DNA of 55,651 nt from a virus (lineage: Duplodnaviria > Caudoviricetes). The translations under genes were made by a program, and so were the position numbers. Location: positions 1 through 55,651 of the IMG/VR virus record IMGVR_UViG_3300027749_000134. One strand, given 5' to 3'. The notes under the pieces were generated by a model. It made no database searches. It saw only the letters and a list, made by a program, of their open reading frames with translations, and was not told the origin of the DNA. Positions within the stretch are counted from its first letter, which is position 1; the number at the start of each line of letters is the position of its first letter. Shown here piece after piece: positions 8,320 through 16,053 of the stretch.

Positions 8320-8589
8320 ATGTCAACAATTAAAGCACCTGAAGTTAAATTCAACAAGAATGGTTATGAAATCCGTACAGACATTTTAGATATGGCCAAA
8401 GGTCTTGTCAGTGAAGAATATCACAGCAAGTTTCGTGGCTGGGAAATGTCAGTTCAGCGTGATGAAAAGACTGGTCAAGTAGTTACTCGAGTAGATATGC
8501 CAGAGTTTCCAGGACTTGATAAAGTTCTTGAGACAGCAGAAAAAATGTATTCATTTGTCAATGCTGGTAGTACTACATCTAAAAAATAA
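8320..8589 (+). CDS. Hypothetical phage protein (89 aa)
   Basis: Start moved to ATG 8320 after an AAGGAG SD: MSTIKAPEVKFNKNGYEIRTDIL...AEKMYSFVN. Confidence 0.7.
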   Translation: MSTIKAPEVKFNKNGYEIRTDILDMAKGLVSEEYHSKFRGWEMSVQRDEKTGQVVTRVDMPEFPGLDKVLETAEKMYSFVNAGSTTSKK

Positions 8590-8619
8590 TACTAAAAAAT
8601 ATATAGGACGTAGTCCAGG

Positions 8620-8647
8620 AGCCCCGGCATTAGATCGGGGCTTTTTT
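8620..8647 (+). terminator. Rho-independent terminator
   Basis: Stem agccccgg/tcggggct followed by T6, between convergent genes. Confidence 0.8.
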
Positions 8648-8655
8648 ACAACTGA

Positions 8656-9060
8656 TTAGATTGGGCGGCTTTTTAAGAACTCAGGATATTGCTTGTTGAA
8701 GTTTCTCATTATAACACCGGCAATTTCATGTGCTTGATTTTCTTCAGGACTACCAGTGGCACCACTTTCATCATTGAGTTCATTTCTGATATCTTGTCTA
8801 TAATGTACAAGTTCGTGTGCTACAGTTCTAAGTATATCCACGGGATGACGATTCAGTATAGCAACGTGTAAAATTTTATCTTCGTTGTTATACATACCAA
8901 AACTTGGTTGACTACCTGATTTTACTTCAGGTTCAAAGTCCATCTTAGGTAGTCTATCAATCTCTAAGATCTCCATGGCCAAGGGAAGAAACTTTTTAAA
9001 CATATCAACGAATGTTGCTCGAGATTCCTTGCCCTCAAATAATAGATCTTGTATCTTCAT
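8656..9060 (-). CDS. HExxH zinc metallopeptidase-like protein
   Basis: LRTVAHELVHYRQ plus a downstream ENQA glutamate. N-terminus MKIQDLLFE, CTAAATA at 9067-9073. Confidence 0.7.
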   Translation of the reverse strand: MKIQDLLFEGKESRATFVDMFKKFLPLAMEILEIDRLPKMDFEPEVKSGSQPSFGMYNNEDKILHVAILNRHPVDILRTVAHELVHYRQDIRNELNDESGATGSPEENQAHEIAGVIMRNFNKQYPEFLKSRPI

Positions 9061-9073
9061 AATATGTATTTAG

Positions 9074-9178
9074 TGCCGGTGACTTTATCCGGCTCCTACT
9101 ACGCGAGGAAGTTCAATTGCGCGGACGCCCGGGCAAGCAAGCCTGCCCCCGTGACGACAACGGTCCCTAAGGTGAGAT
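9074..9178 (-). ncRNA. Putative structured RNA of unknown class
   Basis: 63 of 100 nt at 9075-9174 are G/C in an AT-rich genome. Stems: 9075-9093, cgcg 9102-9105/9120-9123, 9131-9148 (G-CUUG-C tetraloop on the minus strand), 9149-9163. Confidence 0.5.
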
Positions 9179-9265
9179 CTATACTGGACTATATGGATTA
9201 CGGGGTCTATCCGTGCCATCGTCCTCCGGGTATACCGGATAATCATTAGGGTTATTCTGTGGCAT
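9179..9265 (-). CDS. 28-aa acidic Pro-rich micro-ORF
   Basis: MPQNNPNDYPVYPEDDGTDRPRNPYSPV, overlapping the nuclease stop by 14 nt. Confidence 0.45.
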   Translation of the reverse strand: MPQNNPNDYPVYPEDDGTDRPRNPYSPV

Positions 9266-10070
9266 TTGCACCGCATTTAGCACGTTTGGCTTTGGTCAAC
9301 GATCCAAAATCTACAGGCCATTCAGCACCCGGTGCTAGTTCAATTGCACCTGCTGGGAAAGCATACTTAACGCCGGCTTCTTGCATAATGTTAGCAATTG
9401 GTTGACGGAACTTAGTTAAGTCGTTGCCTAGGTTAACATATGGCTTTGTATGTGGGAATCTCCAGCCTGCTACTTCTTTAGTGGCATTATTAATTACAAT
9501 CTTATAATATCCGTGCGGTACAATAACACCATTACCGATAAACTCATCACCTTGTCCGTAGAAAGCACCTACATAGATAGTGTATGGTTGATTGCGTTGT
9601 ACTGCCCAACCACGTACACTAGTTTCTAATAGTTTCCAAATTCCTCTGTTTAATGATCCATGCTGTGGATACATATTAGTCATTAAGAAACTTTCGTATT
9701 CTACCTGTTGGCTCCAACTTAGATCACCGTCTGGACTTGCATGTCCTTTGTCGTAGCCTGTACCAGCATAGTCATCTGGGCGAGCACCACCTGGTACACT
9801 TTGATCTGCCACAAATGCATTGGTACGTGGAAAGCATCCTAGAGCATTTTGCGGTAATAATGTGTATGCTACATACACAGGAATCTTTACAGGAGCGTCA
9901 TAGGCAACCAAATATGCTTCACGGCAGATAGGCTGTGCTGTACGCTGTGTAGAAGCAAATCCGTATGGGCTGTGTACAGCACAGGTTTGTACTGGATTTA
10001 GGGCACGTTGGTCCCAGGCTTGGGCTAACCCTGCTACGAATAGCAGAGCAATAGTTAGTAGTTTTTTCAT
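9252..10070 (-). CDS. DNA/RNA non-specific endonuclease (NucA/Serratia His-Me finger family) with signal peptide
   Basis: YDKGHA, ESFLMTNMYPQ, LNRGIWKLLE, VPHGYYKIVI motifs. N-terminal MKKLLTIALLFVAGLAQA is a Sec signal. Confidence 0.9.
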   Translation of the reverse strand: MKKLLTIALLFVAGLAQAWDQRALNPVQTCAVHSPYGFASTQRTAQPICREAYLVAYDAPVKIPVYVAYTLLPQNALGCFPRTNAFVADQSVPGGARPDDYAGTGYDKGHASPDGDLSWSQQVEYESFLMTNMYPQHGSLNRGIWKLLETSVRGWAVQRNQPYTIYVGAFYGQGDEFIGNGVIVPHGYYKIVINNATKEVAGWRFPHTKPYVNLGNDLTKFRQPIANIMQEAGVKYAFPAGAIELAPGAEWPVDFGSLTKAKRAKCGANATE

Positions 10071-10093
10071 AATAGTCCTTGGTTAACTACTAA

Positions 10094-10101
10094 TATTTAT
10101 A
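10094..10101 (-). promoter_or_regulatory. T4-type late promoter TATAAATA
   Basis: Exact consensus 24 nt upstream of the nuclease start. Confidence 0.6.
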
Positions 10102-13100
10102 TTATCTACGCACGAAATGATAATCGCCATCTGGGCCATTATTGCTAAACAGTCCTAGACAATCATAGCCCAATGAATCCATATAAGCGATTACAGTATC
10201 TTTTAGTGGAGCACCTTTATTGTACTCTACTATCTGTAATTCTAATATAATGTGTTTGGCAGTTTTAATAGTTTCCTGTGCGCCTTTAAGTACATCCATT
10301 TCTGCGCCTTGCACATCCATTTTAATTAGATCAGGTGGTGGATATTTATTAAGGCTAACCACTGCATCGAGTGTAATAGTTTTAAGTTTTCTTACATATT
10401 TGTCACTGTACAGAGTTGCTGCTGCTGGTTGAATATCAGGATTTTCTCTGTAATAGCTATTGCCGCCAGGTGCTTCATTGTTTTGATAGAAGTCTACTTC
10501 TTTGCCGCTTTCATTGCTGAGTACACCAATGAAGTATTTTACACCAGCTTCCTGATATAAGAACTCGTGTACATCTGCTGCTTCAAATGCTACAACTTCT
10601 GCTTCAGGCCATATATTTCTAACTCTATCTGTCCAATGCAATACACATGCACCAATGTCATAGATGACCTTAGGTTGTACGCCACCTTCTTTTAGTTTAT
10701 CAAGGTATTCGATGTGTGCTGGAGGGAATGGATATGGATCACGTAGCTCTCTTAGAAATTGTTTAATATCAACAATAGTACCATTTGTTTCTATCACAGG
10801 TGTATTCTGATCAACGTTGAATGTAAAACTTCCAATATGTCTACATAATATTCCAGGATCTGCCCAAATAGTAAATCCGTTTTCTCCTGCCTTTCTACAG
10901 AAATCTACATCTTCGGATACAGTATCATTGATGCTTATAGCACTATGGTATTTAAATTGAGGATATCCTATTTTTCTAAATACTTCTCCCTTGATCAACG
11001 CACAGCCAAATCCACATCCTGCAACTTGTGTTAAGGGCCTACCTTTTAATTTTCCATAAGGCATATTAATCATACCACCTGTGGGAGTATGTTCGTATAT
11101 TTCTATAATATGTTCTCCAGGTTTACGTTGTATGTATATACCGCTAACAACATCTTTATCATGTGATAACATTCTTGCCAATGTATCAGGTGCAAATGCA
11201 ATATCACTATCTACCGCAAGTAGATAATCAAATCCATGTACCACCCAATCTGCAATTAAATTGCGTACTTGATCTATGTTATATCCATAGAAAAATTGAA
11301 ACATTGTTTCATAACCGTCTGGTATGATAAGATCGTAGATACTTTTAAAAGTATCTGGCTCAATATTTTTAGCTGTGGGTATTGCTATAAGTATCTTTTT
11401 TTTAGGTTGAATCATTTTCTGTACTATCTCATGTGCATTTTTATTTTGTTCTACTGCATTAACCTTATAATCATTTAAAGGACTTGCATCATTATAATTA
11501 TATACAATATCTTGTAAGCATTTTACCTGGTTAGGATCTGCTTGTTCTATTAATGCGTAAAATACGCTACCATCGCCACCGGCTTTGTACCAATTACCAT
11601 TACTATCTTTAAATGAACTATCATTGATATTGTTTAACAATGACTTTTTAAATGTTCTTAAATGTGTATAAGGTAATATCCAGTTAAAATGATGATCTCT
11701 ATAGGATTTATTTTGTTTAACTGCTTCAGGATAAGGTTGACTGATCAGTGGAATGTTATCAACCATGCTCCAGCAACTACCATAGGTAAATTCAGTGGTA
11801 CCGTCATAGATAGAATTGTAATAAGAGAATACTGTATTATCATTAATAAGACTGTCATCTCCGTCTAACAACATAACAATGGTATCATCTGCGACCATTG
11901 ATCTAATGTTTTGTATTTGATTTCTAACTGCGCCTAAGTTTTCTTTATTAGAGATAACAGTGAACTTACTTCTAATATCTTCTGGTAATGTTTTCAATGT
12001 TTCTATAATAACCTGTACAGTATTATCTGTACTAGCATCATCAATTAAGATATGTTCATAGTTATCGTAGTCCTGTACAGCCACACTGGTTATACAACGA
12101 GAAATATACTCAGCACAATTATAAAAAGGACTAACAACTACTATCTTTTGTTCATTGCCTGATTTATAATGTTCTAATTCGATAGTGTTAGTAAACCTGC
12201 GATTCCATATCTTATGTACTTTGTGATTAATCTTTGATACGCGACGGTATCCATCTTTAGATAGATATTTGCCCAGCCGCTGCGCCATTAATTGTTTCCA
12301 CTGTAGAGCAACACTATCCCATCCTGCTACATCTTTAACAATATTACAGTAGTATTGTTTTTGTTGATGTAGATATCTATTATGATAGGCTTGTATAGTC
12401 ATCTTTACAAATTTATTAATTTGTTCTTCACTATTGATATCAGGGAACAAGCCGTTAGGTTCTATAGCATAGTCAATATGATAACAAGCACCTTCTAGAG
12501 CAATTTCTTCCAATGCGCCAAATCTACAAGTAAGTATAGGAGTATTGTAGAGTAAACTTTCCAGTGATGATATACCAAATGTTTCAGGAAACGCAGCAGG
12601 GTAGATCATAAAACTTGCTGATGTAAGTATATCAGCAATTTCTCGTTGAGGAATAACTCCTGTGTATTCTATACCTAATTCTAAGTTACGTGGATCGGCC
12701 GCCATAATGCGCCAATCTTTTTCCTGTTGATCAGGTTCCGATGCTTGACTAAATCTATAATATCCGCCTATGATTTTTAATCTAGCACTGGGTATCATTG
12801 CTTTAACCTTGGGCCAAATATGATTCACTAATGGGATCATACCTTTAGTCACACTGGCGTTATAGACAAACAAGTTATGATCTTTAGCACCAATGTCAAC
12901 TTCTTTTCTATAATTACGAGCACCATTACGTGTAATAAACATCTTACGTTTAAGTACTTCAAAATTACGTCTACGTCCGTGATGGCAGTTAGCCACGTAG
13001 GTTAAGTGAAAATCGCTGAGTGTGAATATATCAGTGATGCGATCTGCTACCACAAGTTCTTCAATGATATTATCACCGAGACAAAATGTATCATGCATCC

Positions 13101-13473
13101 AAAGTATACGCATGGTAGCCTTGGATAGTATTCTATCATACAAGTTCATACTGTGGAATGGATATGCTCTACCATCGCCTAACTTTTCGTAGTCTTTAGG
13201 ATCAGTAAATGGTATTACAGTTCTTGAGCTTATAACAATATCAAAAATATAATCGTTGGCTAATTCATCAAGTGTACGATATTCAACACCTTGATAATTT
13301 CCAGGATGAGCATGATCTGTATTGCAGTTATTAAACACTGTCACATCAAATCCAATTTGGGCCAATTCATAGGCCATGAGTGTTACAGCACTTTCGCTGC
13401 CTCCCAATCCTTGATTGTCTATGGTATTACCATCATAGGGTATGCCAATAATATCTATAATAGCAAGTTTCAT
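10102..13473 (-). CDS. Multidomain glycosyltransferase: GT-B (GT4-like) + GT2 + GT-A-like + FkbM methyltransferase
   Basis: GLGGSE and ETFGISSLES (GT4); VVSPFYN..YISRCI...ILIDDASTD...LDGDD (GT2); ILIAIPT...VDSDI...GCGFGC...SEDVDFC (GT-A); YDIGAC and IKMDVQGAE (FkbM). Confidence 0.85.
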   Translation of the reverse strand: MKLAIIDIIGIPYDGNTIDNQGLGGSESAVTLMAYELAQIGFDVTVFNNCNTDHAHPGNYQGVEYRTLDELANDYIFDIVISSRTVIPFTDPKDYEKLGDGRAYPFHSMNLYDRILSKATMRILWMHDTFCLGDNIIEELVVADRITDIFTLSDFHLTYVANCHHGRRRNFEVLKRKMFITRNGARNYRKEVDIGAKDHNLFVYNASVTKGMIPLVNHIWPKVKAMIPSARLKIIGGYYRFSQASEPDQQEKDWRIMAADPRNLELGIEYTGVIPQREIADILTSASFMIYPAAFPETFGISSLESLLYNTPILTCRFGALEEIALEGACYHIDYAIEPNGLFPDINSEEQINKFVKMTIQAYHNRYLHQQKQYYCNIVKDVAGWDSVALQWKQLMAQRLGKYLSKDGYRRVSKINHKVHKIWNRRFTNTIELEHYKSGNEQKIVVVSPFYNCAEYISRCITSVAVQDYDNYEHILIDDASTDNTVQVIIETLKTLPEDIRSKFTVISNKENLGAVRNQIQNIRSMVADDTIVMLLDGDDSLINDNTVFSYYNSIYDGTTEFTYGSCWSMVDNIPLISQPYPEAVKQNKSYRDHHFNWILPYTHLRTFKKSLLNNINDSSFKDSNGNWYKAGGDGSVFYALIEQADPNQVKCLQDIVYNYNDASPLNDYKVNAVEQNKNAHEIVQKMIQPKKKILIAIPTAKNIEPDTFKSIYDLIIPDGYETMFQFFYGYNIDQVRNLIADWVVHGFDYLLAVDSDIAFAPDTLARMLSHDKDVVSGIYIQRKPGEHIIEIYEHTPTGGMINMPYGKLKGRPLTQVAGCGFGCALIKGEVFRKIGYPQFKYHSAISINDTVSEDVDFCRKAGENGFTIWADPGILCRHIGSFTFNVDQNTPVIETNGTIVDIKQFLRELRDPYPFPPAHIEYLDKLKEGGVQPKVIYDIGACVLHWTDRVRNIWPEAEVVAFEAADVHEFLYQEAGVKYFIGVLSNESGKEVDFYQNNEAPGGNSYYRENPDIQPAAATLYSDKYVRKLKTITLDAVVSLNKYPPPDLIKMDVQGAEMDVLKGAQETIKTAKHIILELQIVEYNKGAPLKDTVIAYMDSLGYDCLGLFSNNGPDGDYHFVRR

Positions 13474-13484
13474 ATATGCTATTA

Positions 13485-13512
13485 ATTATACACTAAATGA
13501 TAACAATGTCAA
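13485..13512 (-). promoter_or_regulatory. Consensus sigma70 promoter for the glycosyltransferase
   Basis: Minus strand TTGACA-16 nt-TATAAT, ending 11 nt before the ATG. No obvious SD. Confidence 0.7.
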
Positions 13513-13523
13513 AGATCTTGATA

Positions 13524-14498
13524 CTAAAAAAACATTGAGGCGCTACCAACAGCAGCAAAGTTTGGGGTAAACTTATATATTCTGTATCCGTTTTCTATAC
13601 TAGTTGTGTAATTGCCTGTGATAGTAAATGGATGATTATATATTGCTGGCCACCAGAATATAGCAACACCGTCAGCGCTCCAAGTACCTTCACCGCCATA
13701 ATATGTACCCCAACCTCCACCTGCACCGTTGCCCGTATTACTACCGTAGGTTGATACAGCACTACCTCCAACGCCTCCTGCAGCAAAAGTTCCTGAATAT
13801 GATGAACCGTCAGCTATATTAACATAAAGCCCAGGACCAGGGGTGTTACCCACTGCGGCCCCACCGGCTCCGCCGCCTGCGCCCTGGGAGCTGCTGGATC
13901 CACCTCCACCATACCCTCCATAACCGCCAAAAATAGAACCGGGTCCATTATAATTTCCACCAGCACCGATACCATTACCTGAACCTGAGTTATCACTGCC
14001 AGCACCCCCGCCACTACCGCCAGAACCGCCACCACCGTTGACTCCGCCATTACCACCTGCGTAAGCCACCTTAGATCCTATAGGTGCGTAAGTAGAAAAA
14101 GACAAAACGGTGGAGCCGGGAGACCAACCTCCGTAATATGCTCCCGATCCTGCGGCGCCACCACCTAATTTTTGTCCCTGTGAGCTTCCACCAAAACCCC
14201 CATTACCTATTTGAAGTCCTACTGTCGCACTAATATTTGTAAGCATGGTAAAAGTACCTAATTGTAGTCCACCGCCACCGCCTCCACCAGGAGTACCACC
14301 GTAAGATGTGCCAGCACCGCCGTAGCCGCCACCACCGACTAACAAATAATTCATAACTGGTATTATGTTGTTGGGCCAATTACCCGAATATTTTGCTTGA
14401 ACTTGGTCCTTTGGGGTCCAAACGGTTCCCGAAGAAGCAATGGATACACTAGGATATAACGCAGAACCTGTTATAAGTTTTCCAATAAATTTACTCAT
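13524..14498 (-). CDS. Glycine-rich domain tail fibre/adhesin-associated protein
   Basis: YLLVGGGG...GGGGGGG...GVAIFWWP...GYRIYKF, N-terminal SG.VW...GNWP motif. Confidence 0.75.
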   Translation of the reverse strand: MSKFIGKLITGSALYPSVSIASSGTVWTPKDQVQAKYSGNWPNNIIPVMNYLLVGGGGYGGAGTSYGGTPGGGGGGGLQLGTFTMLTNISATVGLQIGNGGFGGSSQGQKLGGGAAGSGAYYGGWSPGSTVLSFSTYAPIGSKVAYAGGNGGVNGGGGSGGSGGGAGSDNSGSGNGIGAGGNYNGPGSIFGGYGGYGGGGSSSSQGAGGGAGGAAVGNTPGPGLYVNIADGSSYSGTFAAGGVGGSAVSTYGSNTGNGAGGGWGTYYGGEGTWSADGVAIFWWPAIYNHPFTITGNYTTSIENGYRIYKFTPNFAAVGSASMFF

Positions 14499-14504
14499 AA
14501 TATA

Positions 14505-15374
14505 TTAATAGAAGTTGATTGTTCCATTTCCAGTCCAAATATAGGTTGTATATCCTGTGCTATATGGTGCCCCTCTGTACAAATAAAGGTTGGTAGCCTT
14601 TGCGATTGGAATATAATCCGGAACACGTATTATAACAACACCATTGCCGCCGGCGGCACCAGGGTAATACCCACCACCAACAGCAGCATCGTTATTCCCG
14701 CCACCGCCACCGCCAGTGTTTGGTGCCCCAGACGCCGAGTAATCAATTTGCTGATATCCTCTACTGAACCCACCGCCGCCTACGCCGCCTCGACCCACGC
14801 TGGTGTTCCAGGTCACGTAGGGGCTACCACCGCCACCACCAAAGTAAACCTGACCTCCGGAGACTTCACCAACTCCTAATAATGTTGCAAGTGCAGTTGA
14901 AATTATGGTAGTAGTAAGACCAGTCCCTCCATTACCACCAGAATCACCAGAAGTCTGACTCCCTAAGTTGATGTGGTTTGAACCATCACCATGGGCGGCA
15001 TAGTCAACGTTGCCACCGTTAGCCTGTTGTACATATGAATTAACGGTAACACCTGAAATTATACTAGGACTGCCGTTACTTGGTCCTCCGCTACCGCCAA
15101 GTCCAGCTGTAATATTATACAATCCCGGATATAAGATGGTACTAGTTGACAAAATGTTTCCTCCATTTCCACCAGGACCGTAATGTAAACCGGGATATGC
15201 AGTTGTGCCGCCGCCACCACCACCTATTAAAAATAGATCCGCAGGAAATTTAGTTGGCCAATTACCTGATTTTTTTGCATTGAATTCATCAGTGATATTA
15301 AAAAATGCATTAGTTGCCGAAATAGCAGCTACAGGTTTATTTGCACTAACAATTCTTCTGTAATAATTCGACAT
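14505..15374 (-). CDS. Glycine-rich domain tail fibre/adhesin-associated protein
   Basis: LFLIGGGGG...YFGGGGG...NTGGGGGG...GGNGVVIIR...YIWTGNGTI, and a SGNWP motif like its neighbour. Confidence 0.75.
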   Translation of the reverse strand: MSNYYRRIVSANKPVAAISATNAFFNITDEFNAKKSGNWPTKFPADLFLIGGGGGGTTAYPGLHYGPGGNGGNILSTSTILYPGLYNITAGLGGSGGPSNGSPSIISGVTVNSYVQQANGGNVDYAAHGDGSNHINLGSQTSGDSGGNGGTGLTTTIISTALATLLGVGEVSGGQVYFGGGGGSPYVTWNTSVGRGGVGGGGFSRGYQQIDYSASGAPNTGGGGGGNNDAAVGGGYYPGAAGGNGVVIIRVPDYIPIAKATNLYLYRGAPYSTGYTTYIWTGNGTINFY

Positions 15375-15383
15375 AGATGTAGA

Positions 15384-15764
15384 TTATGTTGAAGCTGAAA
15401 TTAGTTCATATACTGCTATATATTCCAACGCTGACGCTACTGCGCTTTGCACATACAAACTTGAACCTTCTGATATATATAAAAAGTTTCCTTTATCTAC
15501 TAATTGCAAACTGGAATTAGCAGGTATATAAATGTTGTAGGCTAATCTATAACTTATACCTGTTCCGTCTGCTCTATCATTCATCCATACAGTGGTTCCT
15601 ACGGTATTATCTGTTACATTAGTAATAATCATTGAATTTACTTTATAGATTAGATTAGTATCTGGGAAATTATATAACATTACATTTGGTGTAATATTAG
15701 CCGGAATAAGTCCTCGCCAACCTGCAAGAATTGATGATACATTAACTATATTTGGGTTTGCCAT
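15384..15764 (-). CDS. Small beta-rich virion protein of the tail fibre cluster
   Basis: MANPNIVNV...IPANSSLQLVDK...YELIS, 126 aa, tightly packed with its neighbours. Confidence 0.7.
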   Translation of the reverse strand: MANPNIVNVSSILAGWRGLIPANITPNVMLYNFPDTNLIYKVNSMIITNVTDNTVGTTVWMNDRADGTGISYRLAYNIYIPANSSLQLVDKGNFLYISEGSSLYVQSAVASALEYIAVYELISAST

Positions 15765-15770
15765 TTTAAA

Positions 15771-16052
15771 TTATCCTCCGAATATCATTGCCATGGCAAT
15801 GCCTTTACCTGTTGTGATGCCAGGATTACCTGCTGAACCTGTATATCCTTGATTACCTTGATAACCCTGACTACCAGTATATCCGCCTGCCTGTCCACGA
15901 CTACCTACAAAACCAACACTGCCGGTATATCCTCCAGCAGGGCCTGTACTGCCTACAAAACCAACGCTGCCTGTAAATCCTCCAGCAGGGCCACGACTAC
16001 CTGTAAAACCTACAAGATTTGATCCTAAAATTTGTTGTATACTTATTGTCAT
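15771..16052 (-). CDS. Short collagen-like (Gly-X-Y) protein
   Basis: Repeated GFTGS/GYTGS/GFVGS triplets, C-terminal GKGIAMAMIFG. Confidence 0.7.
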   Translation of the reverse strand: MTISIQQILGSNLVGFTGSRGPAGGFTGSVGFVGSTGPAGGYTGSVGFVGSRGQAGGYTGSQGYQGNQGYTGSAGNPGITTGKGIAMAMIFGG

Positions 16053-16053
16053 T

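Noticed and set aside
9074-9251. HDV-like, pistol, hammerhead ribozyme or tRNA
   Set aside because: UUCCUCGC resembles an HDV L3 loop but no P1/P2 partners were found. UUAGGG/CCCUAA occur in the wrong order for pistol. There is no CUGANGA/GAAA core, no cloverleaf and no TTCGA T-loop.
9049-9276. Track ORFs 9049-9249 (+) and 9085-9276 (-)
   Set aside because: No SD and atypical composition. They are better explained by stop-codon scarcity in a GC-rich patch holding the micro-ORF and the structured RNA.
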